Shown: positions 36,691-48,230 of the stretch, in pieces
Position numbering within the stretch: position 1 is the stretch's first letter
Layout of the letters: every line of letters starts with the position of its first letter
NCBI GenBank assembly: GCA_030704615.1
Contig: CM060733.1
Span: 20,398,001 to 20,462,000 of the forward strand
Origin: Takakia lepidozioides
Lineage: Eukaryota; Plantae; Bryophyta
Reading direction: 5' to 3'
DNA length: 64,000 nucleotides
The notes under the pieces: model-generated
Database searches by the model: none
Told to the model about the DNA's origin: nothing
The model's input: only the letters and a program-made list of their open reading frames with translations
Made by a program: the position numbers and the translations under genes

Positions 36691-39600
36691 ATGGCCACGG
36701 TGCGGCAGCGGTTCAGCTTGGCCCAGGACTACGGCGGTGAGCTAGGGCTTGGTACTGTCACGTTGCCCACCCCCTTGGGTCCTCCCCCATGGCGACGCAG
36801 TGTTGAGAATTTTCTGTGGCTGGCAGCTGCAGCGTTTGCGATTTACTATGGAGATTCACGCTCGCATCTTTTGGCTGTCTTGTTCTATGACCCTCGTATT
36901 CGCAGGTAAGAGCCATGCAATGTGTATTTTATGCCTGTTTCTTCTTTCATCGAGGGACAAGTTTGTTGGCTATGAAACCAAAGTATATTTTCCTGTCCCC
37001 AACCCGGAAAGGGAATTTGAAATCCTTCCTCACGGTTATTTTCATGCTGTATATTATTGCTGCTTTGAAGCCGAGGTGTAACGGTCTCCCTTAGAAATGG
37101 CCGTAGGCAGCTGGAGAAAACCCATTCAAATTTGACCATCCTCAACTCGACCGGAGTGAGCCTTCTCTTTTCCTCTGCCCTTGTCTTTGTGGCTAGCTTT
37201 GTTTAAGAGATAGAACTCGGGTTCCAGCATAATTTGGGCAAAAGACATTTGCAATCCGACACCGGTCCTGAAGAGCTACAATTTTCTGCTCCTAACCGTC
37301 ATGTTTTGCAAGAGGCTCCAATCGAACAGTCAGCCTATACTGCAAATACTAGTAGTGGACATGTCAATACGCAAGTGCCGCCTTGAGCCTCGATTTCCTT
37401 GACGGGAATGTCAACAGACTTTTTCTTTTCTTCTATACTTTCCTTAATTTCAGTCCAGTAAGGCTTTTTGCAGTGAACTCACATTGTTGATTTGGATTCT
37501 CGAGTTTTTTTTACCTGTTCTGAAACCAGAAGAAGAGTCAGGAAGAGACTTGATACCCCATTTTCTATCTATCGTTCATGAACTAATGAATATGCATGCC
37601 TCATCCTTTCATGTCTTACATGCTCACTTTCCATAAGAAAGAAGAGAACCAAATGCACAATCTGACAAACCCTTATATCTGTGCTGTGGTTGCAGGATAC
37701 CTTTCAACCTGGGATTAGCCTGTCTAGCTATTAATATGGGGATTTTCGTGTACTTAGCAGTCTGGCTCCGCCATGTTATCAAAACTGAGGAGAAGTGGGA
37801 GCTTATAGCGCCTGCTGCAATTCCTACTGCCAGCCTTCTTGGATTAGCAACCTTTTTTTTGTGAGTTTCTTTTTCATGGTTTGAAGCTTGTGAATTGTTT
37901 ATTTACATTCATTGTCATTCTTTGTGCAGTAGGAGCGAGGCCAAGAGAGAATGTACTCGTAAGATGTTGTTTGCAGTAGCCTTGTGGCCATTGACCCCAC
38001 ACTCAGTTTGAGCGGAACACAAAGGGACAGAAACTGCCTTTGTCAGGGGCTGACACCGGTAGTATGACTTACCTTGGAACAGACAATTGATCCGAGTTTA
38101 CCAGATATCCTCTAGAAATCTCTTTACACAAGCATCAATCTGCTGTGTGTGGTTTGCCCAATAACTAGGCCCCAAAACGGCCTGGGCTTTTGGCTCAGCC
38201 TCGAGACTTTCAAAGTTGGTAAACAGAGGTACAGGCACAATTCCCTTGATGGATTTGAAGAGGAGGTCTCTCTGGTGAGAGTACCCAGGAGAATGAATCA
38301 GAAAGTGAATATTGACTTCAAGTTGCCCACACAGCGGGCATTTGCAATCCCCCTTGCCTCTCTGCTTCTGTTTGCTGTTCAAAGTAGGCTTTCCGCCCTG
38401 AGTTTAAATTTCAGTCTAGTGCCGAGGGTGGGTAAACCCTTGAGGTCATCCATGATGGCCTCTCCCATGGACATGTCACCCAAAGCATGTCTCCCATGTC
38501 CCATGTCACCAACGAAAGGGGATCATTTCAGTCCTCCAGATAAGGTTAAATAGAAGTACAAGGGCCTCTATCATGGAGTCGCCACCGTGCTTGATAAGCT
38601 CGTTGACCATGCCATCTGGTCCACCAGCTTTAGATCTGTTTAAATGCTCAATTCCTTCCACAATCTCAGAAGAACTAATGGGAGCGTTGTAACCCTTTGA
38701 GATGTACTCCAGTTCATCAGGACTGTCTCGAATCATAGGAACAGTTTTTTCAACTGTGTCCTTCCATACTTCAGAAGACCCTTCACTGTTAGACCTAGAA
38801 TTTATGCCAAGGATACTGTAGTGGGTTCCAAACGTTTTGACAATGTCAACCGTTGAAGTCCTCAGCGCGTGTACTTGCTGACAATTTTTCGGCCTGTATA
38901 GACTTTGAAGGGCCAACCAGGATCTCTTGTCATCACCACTTTCACTGTATAACTTGTCCCAGTATAATTCTTCTGAGACCTTACAAGCTGATTGATGTCT
39001 TTGTGGATCTGGTAGTACCTAGCCCACAATTCTTTGTTGGCTTACAAATTGCAGCACTCTTTATAGAGAACTCGTCTCTCGGCTATCCTGAGTTTGATCT
39101 CATTGGTCCACCAATTAACAGCTCTACCGCAAACAATTAGTTTCCTCCCATGATCTTGTCAGCCAGAGGAGACAAAACTCTCCCCAGAATCCGCTGCTCT
39201 TTCGACTTCATTTCTTGCATTGCCAGAGCGAGTGGACAAATCTCCTCACTCGGCAACCTATGAAGGATCGCAACAGTGTTGGGGTGGTGAAGTTTACCTG
39301 GATACTGAGCTCTTGTCTATGAAGTGTTTGTCATTGACAAAGTTATAGTAAGAGCACAGTTGACAAGGATGCCACCGATTGCTATGATTTTGACAGTGGA
39401 CACAATTAAGAGAAGAAATTGGGGGAAAGGAGGTCTAGTTGCAGGTTGGAGTTCTTGATTTTCAGAGTTCAAACATAGCCCTAAACTACCCGGCAACCTA
39501 TGAAGGATCGCAACAGTGTTGGGGTGGTGAAGTTTGGGGAGATGGACCGCGATTGTGTGCTTGGGCATGGAGCTGCAGCCACCCTGCAAGAACGCTACTT

Positions 39601-41980
39601 TCTTGTTTCTGATCCATACAAATGTTCAATTTGTTCAATTGGTGTTGGGAAAACACTTTTTGATCTCAGTCCAAACCAGGAAGTGGTCATAGGTACCAAT
39701 ATAAGTTCTGTCGATCAACACATTGGCACTCTGGGGAAACAAATTCTTGTCCACTATCATATAGTCCACAATGGACCATTCCCCAGTTTGGGCTTTCCCA
39801 TGGATCCACTGCACTTGGTCTCCTTTTGACCTATTATTCAATGTCAAAATCTGAAGTTCTTCCAGATAGTTTATTAACAATCTTCCATTAGAATTCAGCT
39901 CATCCTCACCAGAAAGCCCAATGGTATCATCCTGATGAAGACCTTTGCCCACCCGGGCATGGAAGTCACCCAATTAGACCACCGGACCTTTAGCGACAGT
40001 CCAGCTTTACGTCTTCGAAGGCTTTGTCTGTGTCAGCAATAAGGGTCCCCTCTGTGGGCATGTAAACACAACCCACAAATAGGTCCTTCGTACTCAAGCC
40101 ACCCTTCAAATTCAATTTCAGCCAGATACTGTGCTCGTACCGCAGACCCTGGTTGATAATATCACAAGTGTCACACAAGAAATCACGGATAAAGAAGCCA
40201 ACACCTTTTTGACCACGCTTGGCAGAGGCTGCCTCAAGTGCACACATCTTACCAAACCATTTATACCCTTTGACATCTCCAACTAGTTTGTCCAAGGTTT
40301 CCCATGTCTCTTGCCCTGCGCAGATATGAATACCATTTGCCTGGAGAGCTTGTCCCACTTCAAATTGTTTCCTTTGGTTAGTCAGCCCTGAGAAGTTGGA
40401 AGTGTCCAGCCGCAAGCCAGCCCTTTGCATATGGATTGTTTGCCGTCTAGGTAGCCTATGGTTGCTCCTGGACGGCCAACCGTTCTGCAAAGGGGGGACA
40501 ATTACCCCGTATGTAGATTTTGCTCATCTTGTGTAAACTTTAAGGATTGGCAATCCATTCAGAGTACCATATCCTTCAGTCACATGACGCTCAGGCTCAG
40601 CACACTTAGGACCAGCTTGTCTGTCTGGCTGCTTGGTATCTAACCTCATCCAGGGCATCAAACTGGTCAGAAACTTAAGTTGAAGTCCCCACCCTTGGTT
40701 GTCTTCCTAGAGCGCCTCATTGTCACCAATGTCTAAGACCGCTCTCCAACCCGTCAAGGGACGAACGTCTTTGAGCTTGATTTGATGTGAGACTCTATTT
40801 GTAGCATTTTTAGACATTGCAACCTTCAAAGTACCTCTGTTATCAAGTCTCAAGATGGAGTCAGTAGCCACATAATCCAAGCCTAGGCTGGAGCAGATAG
40901 TTTTAAAGGACACAGTCCATCCTGGGATTCACCCCAAAAACTACACATGAAGCCCTAGATTTGGCAAGTAACCAATTCCCAGGAATCACCCTGGGAGTGT
41001 TGTTATCGACACGGTATGATGTAATGATTGATTTTGCAGGCTATAAGTTTAAGCACAAGGACCAACCCTAGCCCAAGTGCCGAGCATGCTAGACAGAGCA
41101 TACAACTGCCCATATTGGGCGGAAGGGCTGCCCCCAAGCGGTAGGGGTCCGCTTGTTACCATTCAGAGATCACACTCCAGGGAGCTGTAGGGAATGGCCC
41201 GTGTAGACATATTCTAAAGAGGTAGAGGCCCCAAACTCTCCAGCTAAATCCAGTGCTTTACCTTACTTGAAGCAGATTGTTTCAGGTAAAACAAACAAAG
41301 ATACGAGGTCACAAGGCCGGCGTTTTGTCACAGACATTTATCTACATTATCAAGTCCACCCAATGGTAATAGGCTTCCTAGAGGAGAGGGAGAAGGAGGC
41401 AAAGAGAGAGATAGGGGGGGAGGGGGGAGAAAGGAGGGAGGCACAAGAAAGAGGGCAATGTGGGGAACAGACAGACAGAAGTTGTGGTAATTGGGGTGGA
41501 CATACATTGCTGGTGATATCAAGTCTGAAATGTGCATCACTGGCACTCTGAATTCATGTTTCTGTGACTGACTTGTTTGACAGATTCTCGGTTGCCTTAT
41601 GGCCAATATGGGGGTTTCTGACACTACCACTTCTGGTCAGTTCTTTCATTCTTTGGATTAGTTTCTGCGCTTTTACTTCTAAGATGTTTATGAGGCTTAT
41701 GCTTCTCTCAGAGACTACTGATTCCCTTTGCTGAGATTTTATGATTATATAAAATTCCAGTTTCTGCTACATGTAAATTTAATCGCATACAAAATCCTTA
41801 CATAGAATGTGTAGGAGAGTTAAAGGTAGAGCAAAGCTAGTAGTGCTAGTTTGATCTGACTCAAGGTGTACCTGTCTGTGAGCTGGCCAGCAGTTCACTC
41901 TATTCATGGCATTTGTTGTCATCTCTCCCTATCTTCCTCCTTATGCAAAGGACGATGGGGAATCACTGCGCTCAGATTGA
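36691..41980 (+). CDS. TMEM128-like small multi-pass membrane protein, 4 exons
   Basis: Exons 36691-36905, 37696-37860, 41584-41635 and 41894-41980 are GT-AG and in phase. They give ...VENFLWLAAAAFAIYYGD...IFVYLAVWL...WELIAPAAIPTASLLG...ALWPIWGFLTLPLLFTLFMAFVVISPYLP, the TMEM128 pattern. Confidence 0.85.
37952..41380 (-). mobile_element. RTE-X-like LINE, long copy with the RT core deleted, antisense in intron 2 of the TMEM128-like gene
   Basis: APE motifs (39990-40490 NFSGL...GQETW, GVGFFI, VGCVYMP; 39635-39973 GDFHARVG...VDYMI...DHFLV), RT N-terminus KAGGPDGMVNELIK, C-terminal CPLC...HFLIH. Flanks GAGGCCAAGAGAGA and GAGGCAAAGAGAGA look like a TSD. Clade assignment is tentative. Confidence 0.85.
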
Positions 41981-42815
41981 GGAGTTTCGTAGAGGAGCAG
42001 ATCTATGCTGCAACTGTTTTTGGACCACCATTACTACCATAACAAGAATTTGCATGCAAGGGGCTCAAGCCCATATGATCTGCTTGGGAGACAAGAAGGC
42101 AAGGTCTACATGTGCACCAGAGTGGCTAAAAGAAAGCATCTGAACAGGTGGGCAAAACAGAAAACCCTTTTATGCCAAGAAACATGAAACACATGTTCTT
42201 TAGCAGCATAATATACTCGAACTTTGAAACTCATTGAAGTGGAGGATTAGTATTCTTTGATGACCGAGAGGGTTTGATGTCCTATTTCTGACAACTCCTT
42301 GTCCAATTCCTTGTTTTGACAACTCCAGGTGTGTTTTAGATTGTAGCCCTTTTGTCTTTCAAAGAACCCACCCCTAAACAACTTTCAGCACAGGTGCTTT
42401 CTAATGGGGACCTAGCCAGCATGCTTTAATATTTCCTACGAGCACTGAAGGGAAATGTATTTCGGGCTGGATCAAAATCCATCTTCACGTCACCTTGTTG
42501 CCAGAAAGGTTAAATTTAGGATAGATGTGAAATTTGTATGAATGATCTTGAGACTGAATGAGTTCTTCCTTGACTAGTGCTTGTTTGCAATATTGTCGCA
42601 CTCAACAACTGCTTCCCTCTGACACTGAATTGTGAAGTTTAGGATCAACCTGTATAGAACCGCATAGCAACCTGTATTTATCAATGTAACTTTATTTCAA
42701 ACTTGCATAGTCACAAGAAAGACACCGCCAACTAATTACCAGTCCATAAGAGAGCCTCAAAAAACGAGGTCAGAATGTCAGAACGTCAGCACTTCAGTAG
42801 ACATACACATCCACA

Positions 42816-43092
42816 CAGCGTTTTTTTGGCTGGCGAATTTTCGCGAAGTTTCGACCTCAGAAAAGCAAAAAGGAATATTTTGTCAAAAATTCCCTGTTTT
42901 TCCATGGATGAAATCGCCAAATTTCTCCAAATGAAAAATAAATTATGGATGAATTCTCCAAATATGGATGATATAAATACGGAAATGGATGATTCTGTCC
43001 TAATTTCAATGGATGAACAGAATGTATGGCTATTTTTCGCCAAACTCTGTAGCCACTCGCGCTTGTTTTCAAATTCCAGAAAAAAAACACTG
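42816..43092. mobile_element. MITE (277 bp) with CAG-type, hAT-like TIRs
   Basis: Left end CAGCGTTTTTTTGGCTGG and right end CCAGAAAAAAAACACTG are imperfect inverted repeats. There are five internal ATGGATGA motifs. No convincing 8-bp TSD. Confidence 0.65.
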
Positions 43093-45160
43093 GTTCCTAA
43101 TTTCCTAACTTCCCGGATTATTGTCAGATGGCTTGCTTCAACTTTCTTACTGCCACTACATATTGATGGCTGCACAAAGTCAGGCTTTTTAGCTTGTAAT
43201 CAATCACCATTTCCAGTGACACCCAATTTTGCTTGACAAGATTTTGATCAAAGGTTATAATCTTGGAGTGCCACTGTGGACCTGTTGTGTTTGTTTTTGC
43301 GTTGGGTGCCCATAGTGAGTAGGTCGGTATCCAATCCGTCTCTGGGGTACTGTTTTCAGGGGGTTCCGCCCTCCCTCCCTTCCACCCTCCCGTTGGCCAA
43401 ACCAGGATGGATTCTTTTTCAGTATGAAGTCCGATGTCCTCTCCCCCTAAATAGAAGTATGTAGTGAACTGCGGTGCAGAAACAGGGTTGGTAGGTATTT
43501 AAGTGCCATGCACAGTATCAGAGGTTTCCAGTACTGCAGGGAGGTGAGTAATGAGTTGGGCAGCTCATGTATGACCCCTGCCTTCAATGCCTTCAATGCT
43601 TGCATGTTGCCTAGGCGAAGGTACAAACGAAAAAGAGGGAAAGGAAGGAAAATAGCGGAGAAATGGGATGAGACTCACCGAAAGATGCGAGAGAAGTCGC
43701 ATTGTCAGGACACTTATCGATGCACAACCCTTTTTCAGCTATAGAAACATAATGCTCACCAGTGCCAGCAATAATCCGATTCAGCTCCACATCGAATCCT
43801 ACTATTGCACGGAAAACAACTATCTAAAGTAAACACTTCTATTCATGATGGTGGTGGTGAGCTCTAATAATTTAGATTGCACCGAAAGTGTCACGGATCA
43901 ACATCTTGCATCTTTGATACACTTATATCTGCTTGTCATTCTGGATTTTCCTTAGATGTTGGGGGGTAGAGTATCGCACCCAACTAACTGATTTCTCCAC
44001 ATGATCGTACTCTCCTCACAACACGAACTTATCAGGGGTTGGGGGCCTCGAAATTCTGCTATCTTGTTCTGTGTCGTATGGTTTCGTGGCCAATCGGTCT
44101 GGGGATTTATGTTTGCCTCCATTGATGGCTTATGGGGGTTAAATTTTTCCCTCATCTGTGGCCTAAATTGTGAGCTGTTGTTCCCTTTTCGAAATGAATT
44201 TCATAAAATCTAATGGGTCCAGTATGGAAGTTAGGCCCAGTTGGTACTAGGTGTGGGGCTATTTCCTCAGCTCTCACAGTTTGGCATTCACGGTCTAGGC
44301 ATAGTCTCTGTTAGTTTCGAGGTATCATCAATCTCTGCAATCCAGAAACGAAACCACGTGAATCTTTGGACCCAGCAACATTTTGGAGCACACTAGCAGG
44401 TGCGTTACGTCCTTGAGACATCTGGAACAGCTTGCGTGCCCTCAGCTCTGAACAAATCCGAAAGGCTTCACACTTAAGAGGGTGAGATCACAGGAAAAGC
44501 TCAACCCCCAACGATATCTCAATATTGACACTTCCATCTCTTACACGCCAGATTCTAATTCGCAAAGTCGATTGCAAGCAGGAGAGAGAACCAGAGCAAT
44601 ACTGCCCAGAATAACAAACAACTACGCAAAGTACTACAAATAGAGAGAGAGAGAGGGATCAGAGGACACAATGAGGCAACAAGAAGGTACATATGAGAAG
44701 GAGCTGTGACATTGGGTGGCAGCCCCAAGAGTTCCAGCGACTCAATGACTTCGAGGTCCAGGTGTAGCAAATCTCTTCATCATCTAGAGATAGTCCTTTC
44801 ACATTAGCTCAATTCCTGGCTCCCAAGCAGAGGGATTCAAACGATTACTGCAAAATAATTGAATATATACTGGTATGTTATAAAACAATCAAAGTTGGCA
44901 TTGGCATTCTTTGAGTTGGATGAGCTGACCAGTGTTAACTAGAACTTAAGTTCTGCAGGCTATCGAGGAGCTCTTAGTGGTCTGACCAAATGTAGATCTG
45001 ATCACACATCCACAACAGCTACCAATGCCAGGTTCTTTCCTCCAAATCGACTTGGAGAATAGATATCGAGCTACCTTTCAAGCAATTGCTCTTGAACACG
45101 ACTTCCTCCGAGTGGTTGCGATGGTAACTATGTATAGGGGCTAACAGGCTCAGGCCCGTG

Positions 45161-46762
45161 CTACTCATATAAAGATTCCCCGAACTTCTTCATAGCAGTT
45201 GTAGTCGGAAGTCCTAGCAGTACATTGACACTCTTGCGGTCCTTTCCAGAAGACGTTAAGAGGACCACTTCCTTGTCAGGCAAGCTGGCCGGGCTCATGC
45301 AGATAGGTTGTCCCCACCCAAAATCTGTAGTATGGAAAGGAAGTCTCAACCATGTCGTAAGAAGGAGAGTGGCCACAAGTTGGGGCCGGGCACGGGTCAC
45401 CTCGAAGTAATCGATGGCTGATCTCATGTACTTGTCTGTAATCAAAGCAATGGCCTCCTGAACGAGCTGGACAGCATGGGATAACGGCTTCTCTGTTAGA
45501 TCAGAGGCCGTCGTCATTGCAAAAGTAAGTACAATACCATTTCCCATGTAGTACTTGGGAAGAGGGGGCTCAAACTTCGATCGGCCATCAACTGCGAAGA
45601 GGATTCTTGATTTCTGGGAAGGTTCCATGTCCAATGCTTTGGTCCGTGCCCGCCAAGCTAGAGCTGTCAAGGCCTCAAATGCGGTGACTTTACTCACAAC
45701 CTTCTCGTCCAATATCTTTTTCTTAAGAGCCTCGACCTCGTTGGGCTCCAAGGTAAAGGAGTTATACACCAGATTTTCTCCGAGCAACAGATCTTTGTTC
45801 ACAGAGAGATCCTCGATTTCATCAAACTCATGGTGAGGGAAATCGACTTGGGGCGGCGAGCGGTGTTTCAAAACCATCCGATCGAGGTAAGGGGGGTTTG
45901 AGACATCCAAGCCACGAGCGAGCTCTCCCCATGCCAGAACAAACTGATTAGCGGAGAGCCCATCCATCATGCAATGGTTGTTGTTGATACCCAACACAAA
46001 ACCCCCGCATTTGAACTTTGTCACCTGCACACGAGACGAAACATATTTAATGTACAATGGCTGCCACTGCCTGTTCAGCTCAAATGGCGAAGAAAGGAAG
46101 CAACGGACAAAATGGAGAGAAAGGAAAAGGAAAAGGAAGGAAGATAGCTGAGACGAATATTTTCTTCTGCAACACATTACTACATGTACAATATCGGCTG
46201 CAGACACCGGTTGAGAGAAACCATTGGCATTGAGCTTTGCACCGCATGCTTTGATGAACACAAAACAAACTTTCAGAAACTTAAGGAAACGGATAAAGAA
46301 ATATGCCTCACTCCTTACCTGAACAAGCAATGGAGGAATTTCTAAAATGTTTCTGGCGTTAGGCTGGTCATAGACAAGCTGTTTCATGAAGGGAGCCGGC
46401 CTCGAAAGCTCTCCCAACTCTGCAATGTGATGATCTGCAGATGCCTCCACAAACACAACTCCTTGTCCGTTACAGTCAATCTGCAGTTTGAAATCTGGGC
46501 TTAGGCCCAGTCTTCCAGCCATCGGAGTAAAGTGCACGAGGAGTTTCCGAAGAGACTCTCTAATGACATCCACGGGATCTTCGTTTTTCTTGTCCTCTTG
46601 CGCATTGAAGAAATATACTGTCCGCATTGTAACAGCGATGTTTTGGTCAAGGTTGGAGAGATAGAAGACATTGTTTTCGACGGGCTCCGCAGAGAAGACC
46701 AATGTGGGTTCCTTCACCGTAATATTGAGCTTCAGCGGGGGTGCATCGTCACCACCTGGCAT
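45161..46762 (-). CDS. BAHD acyltransferase, clade V (omega-hydroxyacid/fatty alcohol hydroxycinnamoyl transferase-like), 2 exons, about 435 aa
   Basis: ATG at 46762; exons 46762-46319 and 46024-45161. The intron sits at the conserved LLVQ|VTKFKCGG position. Motifs YLSNLDQN, HCMMDG (HXXXD), YMRSAIDYFE and DFGWG. Confidence 0.93.
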   Translation of the reverse strand: MPGGDDAPPLKLNITVKEPTLVFSAEPVENNVFYLSNLDQNIAVTMRTVYFFNAQEDKKNEDPVDVIRESLRKLLVHFTPMAGRLGLSPDFKLQIDCNGQGVVFVEASADHHIAELGELSRPAPFMKQLVYDQPNARNILEIPPLLVQVRSEAYFFIRFLKFLKVCFVFIKACGAKLNANGFSQPVSAADIVHVVMCCRRKYSSQLSSFLFLFLSLHFVRCFLSSPFELNRQWQPLYIKYVSSRVQVTKFKCGGFVLGINNNHCMMDGLSANQFVLAWGELARGLDVSNPPYLDRMVLKHRSPPQVDFPHHEFDEIEDLSVNKDLLLGENLVYNSFTLEPNEVEALKKKILDEKVVSKVTAFEALTALAWRARTKALDMEPSQKSRILFAVDGRSKFEPPLPKYYMGNGIVLTFAMTTASDLTEKPLSHAVQLVQEAIALITDKYMRSAIDYFEVTRARPQLVATLLLTTWLRLPFHTTDFGWGQPICMSPASLPDKEVVLLTSSGKDRKSVNVLLGLPTTTAMKKFGESLYE

Positions 46763-48230
46763 TGTTGCTGGCCAAGGTCTCTCACAGGCAGCACCTAGGA
46801 AACAAATCCTCACAGCTAGGAAAGAACGAGCACCCACAAACACAATGCACTTCAGATTAAGTAGGCAGCAGTCTAAAGAGTCCCTCACCTCACTGTGGAA
46901 CAACTGTAATAACTCCCACTCAGGCCCAGCTCACAACAACCCAAACAGCATTTCTCACTAAGTTCTACTTAAAGCTAGTATGCTGCAAAAGCAAGATTGA
47001 AACCCACTCCGTAGCGCGCTGAGCAAAGCTTGCAGAAAGCAGTGCTTCAAGGTCAGCCGGAAATCAATGCAATTGTGGCAGACAATAACATGGCATCAAC
47101 TGCATGCTGCAGCAGCCATAAATGCATGCCGGCCTTCTCCCGTGCAATTCTCCCTGTGCCACTCACCCAAGTGCTGCCGTTACTTTACATTCCATACATA
47201 CCCATCACGTTGGCCCTCATCACACTCTGTGCATTCATGGCAACCATCTCGCAAAATGGTTGCGATGCTGGTGGCTGGACTCTAACTTAATTCCGTTCTC
47301 CATGTCCACAATCACAGTCGTGCATCGCGGCCTCAGAGGCACACGCTTTGTGACTAAGTTATGATGCCACAGTACCAAACAAACTATTCTTGTTCTTCTG
47401 GAATACATGGGAAAGAAGAATTGCATTCTTCATGATGTTACAAAACCATGGGAAGCCATCAGCCAGTAGGCTATACTTTAGAAAGAGAAACACAATTCAA
47501 TGAGAATGCAATTGAGGGAAACATGATCTCTTTGATTCATTCTCTTTGATGGGCAACAGTGCAATAGCAGCAGAAACAAGGCTCCAACATCTTATGTATT
47601 TGACTCATCAGCCTACAGTAGAGCTCAACTACTTGGTCAGAATGGTACAAATCAAAGAGAAAAAGCTGACATAGCAACGCCAAGCTATTTATACATTATC
47701 CATGATTGTCACTGAGGCTGATGTGTAAGGGGTCAGTAACTAACAGAAACCTTGACTGGCTTAGATGAAAGGTTACACAGTAAACATCCACATCTTTGTA
47801 AGATGTCCAGCAATTTATCACAAATAGAATCCCTCCATGGTGAAGTTGCTCACCCATTGACCTGGAAGGTGAGGGACTGATATTGTTGTTCAAGCAGGGA
47901 TGACATTTTCCTGTTTCCTTGATTACTCTGTTGCAGCAGTATGTTCTGTGGCTTCCGATTCCTTGTGTTTGGTGTTCAATTGTGGAAGATCAACCGGTGC
48001 AAGGAAATCTTTTGCAGTAGCTAGCCCACGGAATAGTTGTCTCCTTGTTGATGTCAAGGATTGATTTTGGAAATCCAGACAGTCGATGTCAAGTGATACT
48101 TGGAGTACCCTCTCAACACAAACAGCGGTTGTGAGTTTGGACTCTTATGCAAAATCTTGGTTCAATCTTGTTATCAATGAATATTTATGTGTAAAAGCAC
48201 ATCGTGTATCCTCAAAACAATATGCGTGGG

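Noticed and set aside
45161-46903. 580-aa single-exon ORF as listed in the ORF track
   Set aside because: It starts at a non-ATG codon upstream of the real start and includes a 294-nt intron; the true protein is about 435 aa.
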